Origin: Candidatus Multivoradales bacterium
GTDB lineage: Bacteria > Acidobacteriota > Thermoanaerobaculia > Multivoradales > JAHEKO01
Direction: 5' to 3'
Length of the DNA stretch: 64,000 nt
Assembly: GCA_965223855.1 (NCBI GenBank)
Contig: CBDCXM010000009.1
Location: 2,592,001 to 2,656,000 of the forward strand
The translations under genes and the position numbers were made by a program. Under the pieces are notes generated by a model. That model was not told the origin of the DNA, did not search any database, and was given only the letters and a program-made list of their open reading frames with translations. Each line of letters begins with the position of its first letter. Position 1 is the first letter of the stretch. This document shows, one piece after another, positions 9,717 to 17,698 of the stretch.

Positions 9717-10682
9717 ATGCGCCTGACCGTCGCGGCTGCCGTCTACGACGGCCTGCTCGCCTTCGAGTACGGGTTGGCTCGAGAGATCCTGGGCCGCGAT
9801 CGCAGCGACCTGGCGGCCGACTGGTACGACTTCCTGCCGTGCCGTGTCGAGCCCGGGAGCCTGACGACGAGCCACGGCATGGTGTTCGAACCACGCGGAT
9901 CCCTCGAAGACCTGGCGGCAGCGGACATCGTGCTCGTCGCCGGATGGCGAGAGCCGCTCGAGAGGCCGCCGGCCGCGTTTCTGGAGGCGCTGTCCGTGGC
10001 CCATGAGCGTGGAGGCCATCTCGTGACCATCTGCACCGGGAGCTTCGTCCCTGCCTGGGCGGGCCTGCTCGACGACCGCCGCGTCACGACCCACTGGATG
10101 CACGCGCCGACCATGGCCGAGCGTTTCCCGCGGGTCCGGCTCTCGGTCGATGCTCTCTACGTGCGCGACGACAGCGGCCCGGGACCGATTTCGACCTCCG
10201 CCGGCAGCGCGGCCGGTCTCGATCTGAGCCTGGCGCTGGTGCGCGAGCACTTCGGCATCGCCGTCGCCAACGCGGTGGCGCGCCGGATGGTCGCGCCGGC
10301 GCATCGCGAGGGGGGACAGACGCAGTATGCGGAGGCGCCGGCAGCCGGCCGTGACGATTCGGCGATGGGGCCTCTGCTCGACTGGCTGGTCGAGCACCTC
10401 GACCAACCGCTCAGACTGGAGGAGGTCGCGTCGAAGTTCGGCCTGTCGGGCCGCACCCTGCAGCGCAGGTTTCGCGAGCAGACGGGGGACAGCCCTCATC
10501 GCTGGCTCGTCTCTCAGCGCCTCGGCAGGGCACGTGAGCTCCTCGAGTCGACCGGCCTGAGCGTCGAGCGTGTGGCGACGGAGTCGGGCCTCGGCTCGGC
10601 GGCGAACCTCCGCAAGCACATGGCCCGGCAGCTGGGGACGACACCTAGGGCGTATCGGACGGCGTTCCGGGCCGGAGACTGA
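9717..10682 (+). CDS. GlxA/FtrA family AraC transcriptional regulator (DJ-1/PfpI domain + HTH)
   Basis: ICTGSF, TTHW, STSAGSAAGLD and HREGGQTQY, followed by an AraC HTH (SGRTLQRRF, GTTPRAYR). Confidence 0.92.
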   Translation: MRLTVAAAVYDGLLAFEYGLAREILGRDRSDLAADWYDFLPCRVEPGSLTTSHGMVFEPRGSLEDLAAADIVLVAGWREPLERPPAAFLEALSVAHERGGHLVTICTGSFVPAWAGLLDDRRVTTHWMHAPTMAERFPRVRLSVDALYVRDDSGPGPISTSAGSAAGLDLSLALVREHFGIAVANAVARRMVAPAHREGGQTQYAEAPAAGRDDSAMGPLLDWLVEHLDQPLRLEEVASKFGLSGRTLQRRFREQTGDSPHRWLVSQRLGRARELLESTGLSVERVATESGLGSAANLRKHMARQLGTTPRAYRTAFRAGD

Positions 10683-10698
10683 GGGCGAGGCCCAGGGG

Positions 10699-11274
10699 TC
10701 AGTAGAGGCCGGGGACGAAGCGGTGGGTGCGGCGGGCGTAGTCGCGCCAGCGCCGACCGAAGGCCTCCTCGAGAACGGCTTCCTCGATCCGGACCCGGTA
10801 GCTGAGCGCGACGGACATCGGCACGAGGGTGAGGACCAGCGACAACCAGGTGCCCATGCCGAAGCCGCAGCCCGCAGCGGCGATCAGCATGCCGCTGTAG
10901 GAGGGGTGTCTCACATGCCGGTAGAGGCCGGTCTGCACGATCTCGTGTCCCTCGCGGACGGCGACGTTCGTGGTGAAGAGCCTGCCGAGGGCGCGGATGG
11001 CCGTCCAGCGCAGAGCCAGTCCCGAGACGACGAGGCCGCAGCCGACCAGGCTCCGCAGCGAAGCGGAAAGACCCCACGACGAGATCCCGGCCCGGCTCGC
11101 GAACGAGGCGAGGATGAACGAGGTCATGACGACGATCCAGATCCACCGTTCGCTGCCGGCATCGGAGGCCGCATCGTCGGCGTCCGTCGCGCGCCGGCTC
11201 CGCCCGAGGAGGACCTCGAAGCTCACCCACAGCAGCATGGCGATAGCGATCGGCGTCGGCATCGCGCGGAGCAT
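10699..11274 (-). CDS. Isoprenylcysteine carboxyl methyltransferase (ICMT/PEMT) family membrane protein
   Basis: TGLYRHVRHPSYSG, RVRIEEAVL and RFVPGLY motifs. Confidence 0.88.
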   Translation of the reverse strand: MLRAMPTPIAIAMLLWVSFEVLLGRSRRATDADDAASDAGSERWIWIVVMTSFILASFASRAGISSWGLSASLRSLVGCGLVVSGLALRWTAIRALGRLFTTNVAVREGHEIVQTGLYRHVRHPSYSGMLIAAAGCGFGMGTWLSLVLTLVPMSVALSYRVRIEEAVLEEAFGRRWRDYARRTHRFVPGLY

Positions 11275-11420
11275 AGCCGTGGTGTTGGCCCTGCGGCGGC
11301 CCGAGCCCGGGCGGATCGCTCCGAAGGCTCCGACCGGCTGCGGGGAAGTGCATTGTCCGCTCCGGGAGCAGGCGAGACGATAGAGGCATGAGATGGAGAC
11401 GCGTAGTTCGAGTTCCGCCG

Positions 11421-12908
11421 ATGTCGATTCTCGTCGCTGCGCTGGCCGCGGGCTCGCTCTCGGCCGGCACGCTGGAGGTCGTCACCCTCGATCCCCCCCG
11501 TCACACGCTGGCGGCAAAGGACGCGACCGTGACGGTGACCTTCGACCAGCCGGTGGATCCGGCCACGGTCGATGCTGATTCGTTCCGGGTCTTCGGCCGC
11601 TGGAGCGGCCCGGCGGCGGGACCTCTGACGATCGGTGGCGGCGGTACCACGGTGACGCTGACCCCGACTCGCCCGTTCTCGGCGGGGGAGAGCGTGCACG
11701 TCAACCTCTCGCACGATCTGGCGTCGCTCGGAGGGGCTTCGCTGAGGATGGCGGGCTACACGTGGTCGTTCGCCGTCGAGGTGCGGCCGACGCCGGGCGA
11801 CTTCGCTCTCGTCGACACCCTCACCGTGCTCGACGGCGGTCCGACGCCGCGCATCTACGGAGGCCTGGCGACCGATCTCGACAACGACGGCTGGCTCGAT
11901 CTGTCGGTGATCAACGAGGACACCGCCGACATCCGCGTCTTCCCGAATCGGGCGGACGGCAGCGGGCTTTTCGACCCGTTTCTCACGCCGCCTTCGCCGG
12001 TCGGCTTCGGTGCGAGCCCCAACGAACCGGCCGACTTCGACAACGACGGCTTTGCCGACATCACCACCGGCAACGCCTTCGAGTCTCGCGTTTCGGTGCT
12101 GCTGGGACGCGGTGACGGGACGTTCGACCCCGAGGCGGTGCACGTCGTCGGCGCCGGCCCGAAAGGGATCGCGGTGCTCGACGTCGACGGAGACGGCGAC
12201 ACCGACATCGTCAGCGCCAACGTGACGGCGGACAACCTCAATCTGCTGCGCAACGACGGCAGCGGAACCTTCGCCGTGGAGGCGCCGTTCGACGCCGGCA
12301 GCGAGGAGTACGCGCTGACCGCCGGAGACATGAACGAGGACGGCATCGCCGATCTGATCGTCGGCACCCGTGCCGGTTCGAGCGTGCATGTTCTCGCCGG
12401 CAACGGCGACGGCACCTTCACCACGGTGGAGACCGAGGCGGCGGGGGTGGCGCTGTGGATGATCGGCGTCGGGGACGTCAACGGTGACGGTCACCTCGAC
12501 GTCGCGTCGGCCGACGGGTTCAGCAACAGCGGTTCGATCTTTCTCGGCAACGGCGACGGCACGCTCGATCCGCCGACGACGATCGGCGTTGCCGGACTGA
12601 CGACGGCGACCGATCTCGGCGACATCGACGGTGACGGTGATCTCGATTGGATCCTCTCCGCTTTCGGCGGCAACGAGTGGACGCTTTACGAGAACGACGG
12701 CGCCGGCAACTTCCAGCTCATCCGCACCTTCCCGGCACCGTCGAACCCGGCTTGTGCCGCCTTCTTCGACGCCGACAACGACGGCGCACTCGATCTGGCG
12801 CTCTTTGACGAGATCGACAACGTCATCCAGATCTTCCACAACGGGGAGATCTTCGCCGACGGCTTCGAGAGCGGCGACACGACAGCCTGGTCGGCGACGG
12901 TGCCGTGA
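11421..12908 (+). CDS. Secreted Ig-like (Big_5) + FG-GAP/VCBS repeat protein with C-terminal IFADGFESGD motif
   Basis: Signal peptide; TFDQPVDPATV Ig-like domain; about 7 DxDxDGxxD repeats; ends GEIFADGFESGDTTAWSATVP. Alternative start at 11388. Confidence 0.85.
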   Translation: MSILVAALAAGSLSAGTLEVVTLDPPRHTLAAKDATVTVTFDQPVDPATVDADSFRVFGRWSGPAAGPLTIGGGGTTVTLTPTRPFSAGESVHVNLSHDLASLGGASLRMAGYTWSFAVEVRPTPGDFALVDTLTVLDGGPTPRIYGGLATDLDNDGWLDLSVINEDTADIRVFPNRADGSGLFDPFLTPPSPVGFGASPNEPADFDNDGFADITTGNAFESRVSVLLGRGDGTFDPEAVHVVGAGPKGIAVLDVDGDGDTDIVSANVTADNLNLLRNDGSGTFAVEAPFDAGSEEYALTAGDMNEDGIADLIVGTRAGSSVHVLAGNGDGTFTTVETEAAGVALWMIGVGDVNGDGHLDVASADGFSNSGSIFLGNGDGTLDPPTTIGVAGLTTATDLGDIDGDGDLDWILSAFGGNEWTLYENDGAGNFQLIRTFPAPSNPACAAFFDADNDGALDLALFDEIDNVIQIFHNGEIFADGFESGDTTAWSATVP

Positions 12909-12938
12909 GTCGAAGTCGCGCTGGCGTATGCTGAGGGG

Positions 12939-13568
12939 ATGACGCCCCGACCTTCCCGGACCTCCAGCGACCGCGAGTTGTGGATCCTGCTCGCGCTCAC
13001 CGGCATCGCGGTCGTGGTGTCGGGAATCGATCCTCACGAGCGAGGCACCTGGTTCCTCGAGGTGCTGCCGGTGCTGATCGGTGCGCCGCTTCTGATCGCC
13101 ACCCGGCGGCGCTTTCCGCTGACGCCTCTCGTCTACCGGCTGATCTTCGTCCACGCCCTGATCCTGATTCTCGGCGGTCACTACACCTATGCCCGGGTTC
13201 CGGTCGGCGATTGGGCGCGGGAGGCGTTCGGCTTCGCCCGCAACCACTACGACCGGCTGGGCCACCTGGCCCAGGGCTTCGTGCCAGCAATGCTGGCGCG
13301 CGAGGTGCTTCTGAGGACCTCACCGCTCTCGCCCGGCAAGTGGCTGTTCGTCCTGGTGACTTCGATCTGCCTCGCCTTCAGCGCCTTCTACGAGATGATC
13401 GAATGGTGGGCGGCCCTCGTTGGTGGGGGATCCGCCGAGAGTTTCCTGGGGACGCAGGGGGACGTCTGGGACACCCAGTGGGACATGTTCCTGGCGCTCG
13501 TCGGAGCGCTCGGCGCTCAGCTTCTGCTCTCGAAACTGCACGATCGACAACTGGGCCGCCTGACCTGA
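12939..13568 (+). CDS. DUF2238 (YjdF-like) inner membrane protein
   Basis: GGHYTYARVP, RNHYDRLGHLAQG and FLGTQGDVWDTQWDM motifs. Confidence 0.92.
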   Translation: MTPRPSRTSSDRELWILLALTGIAVVVSGIDPHERGTWFLEVLPVLIGAPLLIATRRRFPLTPLVYRLIFVHALILILGGHYTYARVPVGDWAREAFGFARNHYDRLGHLAQGFVPAMLAREVLLRTSPLSPGKWLFVLVTSICLAFSAFYEMIEWWAALVGGGSAESFLGTQGDVWDTQWDMFLALVGALGAQLLLSKLHDRQLGRLT

Positions 13569-13593
13569 TGCGGCCGAAAGGAGACTGGTCAGA

Positions 13594-14127
13594 ATGAGGA
13601 AAACGACGATCCTGATCGCCCTGGTGGCGACGCTGAGTCTCGCGATGCCGGTGATCGCCGAGCATCACGAAGAGACCGCACCGGGCGCCTACGCCCGCAA
13701 CCTCGCCTTCGTCGGCGGGCGCGCCGTCGAGCTGGCCGGAGCGATTCCCGAAGAGGTCTACGGTTGGCGCCCGATGGAAGGGGTGCGGTCGGTCAGCGAG
13801 GCGATCATGCACATGGCGAGCGCCAACTACTTCTTCGCCGGTCGCCTCGGCACGCCGGCACCCGAGGGCGTCGACACCTCCGACATGGAGTCGATCACCG
13901 ACAAGGCGGAGTGCGTGCGGATCCTCGAAGAGTCGAACGCCCATCTCTCGAAGGCGTTCGACGCGGTGAAAGACCCGATGGAGGCGACCGACATCTTCGG
14001 TCGCGACGGCACGATCGAGGACATGATGCTGGTCGCGATCGGCCACGTCCACGAGCACTTCGGGCAGCTGATCGCGTACGCCCGGAGCAACGAGATCGCC
14101 CCGCCCTGGTCGGGCGGCGACGGCTGA
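13594..14127 (+). CDS. Secreted DinB family protein
   Basis: Signal peptide; WRPMEGVRSVSEAIMH and HVHEHFGQLIAYARSNEIAPPWS. Confidence 0.88.
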   Translation: MRKTTILIALVATLSLAMPVIAEHHEETAPGAYARNLAFVGGRAVELAGAIPEEVYGWRPMEGVRSVSEAIMHMASANYFFAGRLGTPAPEGVDTSDMESITDKAECVRILEESNAHLSKAFDAVKDPMEATDIFGRDGTIEDMMLVAIGHVHEHFGQLIAYARSNEIAPPWSGGDG

Positions 14128-14175
14128 TCACCGAGCGTCTGAACACGGAGCCGTCTGAAGCCGTCTGAACACGGA

Positions 14176-14205
14176 GCCGGCTTCCCGTCGCCGCGGGAAG
14201 CCGGC
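14176..14205. terminator. Hairpin between convergent genes
   Basis: GCCGGCTTCCCG / CGGGAAGCCGGC perfect 12-bp stem with a 6-nt loop. Confidence 0.65.
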
Positions 14206-14216
14206 GCTTCAGCCCG

Positions 14217-14777
14217 TCAGGCCGGCCAGAGCCAGCCGAAGACGCCGGCGGTGAGCAGCGCGTAGACGAGGCCGTCGACCATCATCTTGCAGGTCATCGT
14301 CCACGGTGCCCCCTTCCAGATCGAGGAGACCGCCTCCGCGAGCCCGTAGGTCATGAAGGCCACGGTGCCGACGTATCGGAAGATCGACAGGTAGCTGGTC
14401 CCGGCTGCGTGCGTGCGCCCGGTCAGGTAGGCGATGAAGATCCCGACCACCAGCACGTAGACGAACCACTGGCCGAGGAACTTGCCGAGCTTCGGAGCGC
14501 CGCTCGGCACCACGGTGAGAAAGCCGACCGGGCCGCGCTTGAACTTCTCCATCACCTCCGGCTTTCCCATTTCGCTCGGGTCGGAGCAGTTGGGGAAGGA
14601 GTAGTAGCCGGGCGTCAGCGAGGCGCCGGAGAGGGTGTCGAGAATGCCGTCCTCGTCCGGCAGCTTGCGATAGTCCTTGTAGTGGTACTTGAGCACCATG
14701 TGAAGGATCGAGCTGGCGACGAAGACGACGACCGCCGAGACGACGATCGGCAGCCAGAGTTGCGGAATCGGGATCAT
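14217..14777 (-). CDS. Conserved hypothetical membrane protein
   Basis: AGGAGG RBS; about 4 TM segments; LWLPIVVSAV, ASSILHMVL and DGLVYALLTAGVFGWLWP. Confidence 0.8.
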   Translation of the reverse strand: MIPIPQLWLPIVVSAVVVFVASSILHMVLKYHYKDYRKLPDEDGILDTLSGASLTPGYYSFPNCSDPSEMGKPEVMEKFKRGPVGFLTVVPSGAPKLGKFLGQWFVYVLVVGIFIAYLTGRTHAAGTSYLSIFRYVGTVAFMTYGLAEAVSSIWKGAPWTMTCKMMVDGLVYALLTAGVFGWLWPA

Positions 14778-15190
14778 GCCGTTCCTCCTGAGGTCGGTGC
14801 CTCTGGTTGGTTGGATGGATCGGGGCGGGTCGTTCGAAGCCTAGCAAGGTTGGTCCTCTCGCTTCTGATCTCAGAGGGCGAAGCTTCGATGAGGCTGCCT
14901 CGCCTTGTGCGGACTCGCTGTCCAGGTAGAGCAAGGCGAGGCTGGCCGCGTCTGGCGCTCGAGGTGACGTTCGATCCCTGCGTGCGTCCTTCACGGCGCC
15001 GTTCGCTTACCGCTGGGGTCGCTCGGTCGGGCGGTCTTTCTGACGCGATCCGTGCCTCTGTGCGAAAGCCGCTTCAGAGCCTCGGCCTACTTGGAGCCTT
15101 TCGCGCCGAACGTCGCGTGTCGCACTGGCTACTTCCTTGCGTGGGCCGCGGCAGACCGCCCAGCAAGACTCGTACCGTAGGATTCGCCGA

Positions 15191-16507
15191 ATGAAGACGA
15201 TCCGTCCAGTCGCCCTGCTCCTGCTGTCGATTCTGACTGTCGCCGACCTTGCCGGGGAGGATTGGCCTTCGTTCCTCGGCGCGAACCGCGACGGCAGCTC
15301 GCCGGAGAGCGGCATCCGCACGGACTGGAAGGAGGGCTTGCCGATCCTCTGGCACCGGGAGGTCGGCGAGGGCTACAGCGCACCGGCGGTCGTGGACGGG
15401 AAGGTGTTCTTCTTCGATCGCGCCGGCGATCGGGCGCGCCTGTCGGCGCTCGACGCCCGTTCCGGGGAGCTGCTGTGGGAGAGCGGCTACCCGACGAGAT
15501 ACGAGGACTACTACGGCTACTCCAACGGCCCGCGTGCCTCGCCGCTCGTGGACGAGGGGCGGGTCTTCACCTTCGGAGTCGAGGGGAGATTGCGGGCACA
15601 CCGTCTCGAGGACGGTGAGCTCCTGTGGGAGGTCGATACGGCCGAGCGCTTCGGCGTCGTCCAGAACTTCTTCGGCGTCGGCTCGACACCGGCGGTGGAG
15701 GGCGATCTGCTGATCGTCCAGGTTGGAGGCTCACCGCCCGAGTCTCCGCGGATCCATTCGGGAGAGGTTCGGCCTGCCGGCTCGGCGGTGGTCGCTTTCG
15801 ACAAGGCCACCGGGGAAGTGCGCTACGCCGCGGGCGACGAGCTGGCCAGCTACGCGGCGGTCAAGCTGACGACGATCGAAGGACGGCGGTGGGGATTCGT
15901 TTTCGCCCGCGGCGGGCTGCTCGCCTTCGATCCCGCCGATGGTGCGATCCGCTTCCACTACCCGTGGCGGGCGAAGATCCTCGAGAGCGTGAACGCGGCC
16001 ACACCGTTGGTCGTCGGCGATCGGCTCCTCGTCACCGAGGCTTACGAGAAGGGTGCGTCGCTGCTGCGGGTCACCGGCGATGGGCACGAGGTGGTCTGGC
16101 GGGACGAGAACCGCCGGAGTGCGCGCATCGGCAGCCACTGGATGACTCCCGTTCATCACGACGGTGTCGTCTATGCCTCGAGTGGGCGCAACAGGGGCGA
16201 CTCCGAGTTGCGCGCGGTGGATCTGGAATCGGGCGAGGTTCTGTGGAGCGAGCCGGGCCTGGAGCGGACCTCGTTGCTGCTGGTCGACGACCACCTCGTC
16301 GTCCTGAGCGAGGGAGGGACCGTGAGGCTCGTGCGCCCCGACCGCGAGCGCTTCCACCTGGTAGCGGAGTGGACGCCGACGGAAGGCGGCATGCCGCTCC
16401 TCGAGCATCCGGCCTGGAGCGCGCCGGCGCTCGCCGACGGCGTTCTCTATCTTCTGGGGAAGGGGCGACTGCTGGCGGCGGAACTCATTCGCTCGGGGAG
16501 CGACTAG
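15191..16507 (+). CDS. Secreted PQQ-binding-like (BamB-like) beta-propeller protein
   Basis: Signal peptide, DWPSFLGANRDG, repeated Trp-docking motifs (ALDARSGELLW) and C-terminal WSAPALADG. Confidence 0.88.
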   Translation: MKTIRPVALLLLSILTVADLAGEDWPSFLGANRDGSSPESGIRTDWKEGLPILWHREVGEGYSAPAVVDGKVFFFDRAGDRARLSALDARSGELLWESGYPTRYEDYYGYSNGPRASPLVDEGRVFTFGVEGRLRAHRLEDGELLWEVDTAERFGVVQNFFGVGSTPAVEGDLLIVQVGGSPPESPRIHSGEVRPAGSAVVAFDKATGEVRYAAGDELASYAAVKLTTIEGRRWGFVFARGGLLAFDPADGAIRFHYPWRAKILESVNAATPLVVGDRLLVTEAYEKGASLLRVTGDGHEVVWRDENRRSARIGSHWMTPVHHDGVVYASSGRNRGDSELRAVDLESGEVLWSEPGLERTSLLLVDDHLVVLSEGGTVRLVRPDRERFHLVAEWTPTEGGMPLLEHPAWSAPALADGVLYLLGKGRLLAAELIRSGSD

Positions 16508-16526
16508 GGCGGGATCGCCGGCGGAA

Positions 16527-17006
16527 TCAGTCGGGCCGGCTGGCGATCTCGAGGGTGAGCGCGTCGATCTTCCCCACCGCAACCGAATCGAGCAGGAACT
16601 TGAAACTCCACTCCTCGAGTTCGTTGCTGTCGATGCCGCCGTTCTGTTCGAGGGCACCGAGCACCGTGCCGTCACCGTCGACGAGTTCGACCTCCAGTCG
16701 GACCTTCTGGTCGTCTCCACTGCCGTTGACGAGCTTGACGCGCACGACGGCGCGCTGTTGATCGCCGACCTTCTTGCCCGGCCTGCCGGTGATGCGCAGA
16801 ACGGTCACGGGCGCCGTCAGGATCTCGGGAACGAACCCCTCTTCCAGGTAGTCCGCGGTCAACGTCTCCATCACCTCGGTCGTCGCGGCTCCCGCCGGCA
16901 CCGGGGGGCATACCAACACCCAGGCGAGAAGGGCGGCCAGTGAGCGCAGTGCCAGCCGGATCGAGACCGTCTCCCGGCGACGCTGCCGTCCGAGGTGGTC
17001 CCGCAT
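16527..17006 (-). CDS. Hypothetical secreted protein (Ig-like beta-sandwich), start uncertain
   Basis: Signal-like hydrophobic stretch followed by a beta-rich domain; starts immediately after the 17011 stop. Confidence 0.6.
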   Translation of the reverse strand: MRDHLGRQRRRETVSIRLALRSLAALLAWVLVCPPVPAGAATTEVMETLTADYLEEGFVPEILTAPVTVLRITGRPGKKVGDQQRAVVRVKLVNGSGDDQKVRLEVELVDGDGTVLGALEQNGGIDSNELEEWSFKFLLDSVAVGKIDALTLEIASRPD

Positions 17007-17010
17007 CGGC

Positions 17011-17541
17011 TCAGCCGGCTCCGCCGCTGGTGCAGGCCGCCCGGATCTGCTCGTCGCTCAGGCCCGTGCGAGCCATCGCGGCGATCTGTTCGAGCGTGCA
17101 ATCGTGCGCTTCGGTCGCCTCGTCGAGGGCGGGCGGCTCGGGCCGCTCGGGAGCGACGTAGCCGCCACGGGCCAGCTTCTGGCCTGCCTCGGCGATGTAG
17201 GTCGGGTCGGCATTCGGCTCGCACGGCAGGCGCTCTTCGCCGTCTTCCCAGTAGAACTGCACCCGGATGGTGGCGTTGGCGGACTCGTACTCCTGCGCCG
17301 CCTCCGATTCCTCTTCGAGCACCCGCAGGTACGAGAAGCCGGCGGCTTCGCATAGAGAGGCCGCCTTGGTGAAGACGAGGCGGCTCGCCTTCGCCCGGCT
17401 GCCGATCGCCTTGACGCGGTGACTGACGACGAAGACGTCTTCATCGAGTTGTGTGAAGGTGATGACGGCCGCGGCCGGCAGGGGAGCCAGCAAGGCGAAC
17501 AGGAACAGAGCGGCGGGGACGAGTCGGATTCGCTGAGACAT
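17011..17541 (-). CDS. Hypothetical secreted protein
   Basis: GGAGGT RBS before ATG 17541; signal peptide ending PAAA; four Cys; C-terminal CTLEQIAAMARTGLSDEQIRAAC module. Confidence 0.75.
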   Translation of the reverse strand: MSQRIRLVPAALFLFALLAPLPAAAVITFTQLDEDVFVVSHRVKAIGSRAKASRLVFTKAASLCEAAGFSYLRVLEEESEAAQEYESANATIRVQFYWEDGEERLPCEPNADPTYIAEAGQKLARGGYVAPERPEPPALDEATEAHDCTLEQIAAMARTGLSDEQIRAACTSGGAG

Positions 17542-17698
17542 GAGACCTCCCTGGTGCGAGTCGAGTGGCCGAGTCGATGCCACGTTCCGTGAAGTGGACC
17601 GCATCCTAACCGGTCGGCACACGATCGTGACCTCCGGGGGGTGGTCGAATCGTCGCTGGTGGATATAGTGACGGTTCCAATCTGACTGGGGGGAAACC

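Noticed and set aside
14136-14179. Two tandem GCCGTCTGAA (Neisseria DNA-uptake sequence) within a CGTCTGAACACGGAGCCG duplication
   Set aside because: A single local duplication next to a terminator. I noticed no other copies in 64 kb, whereas true uptake sequences are densely dispersed.
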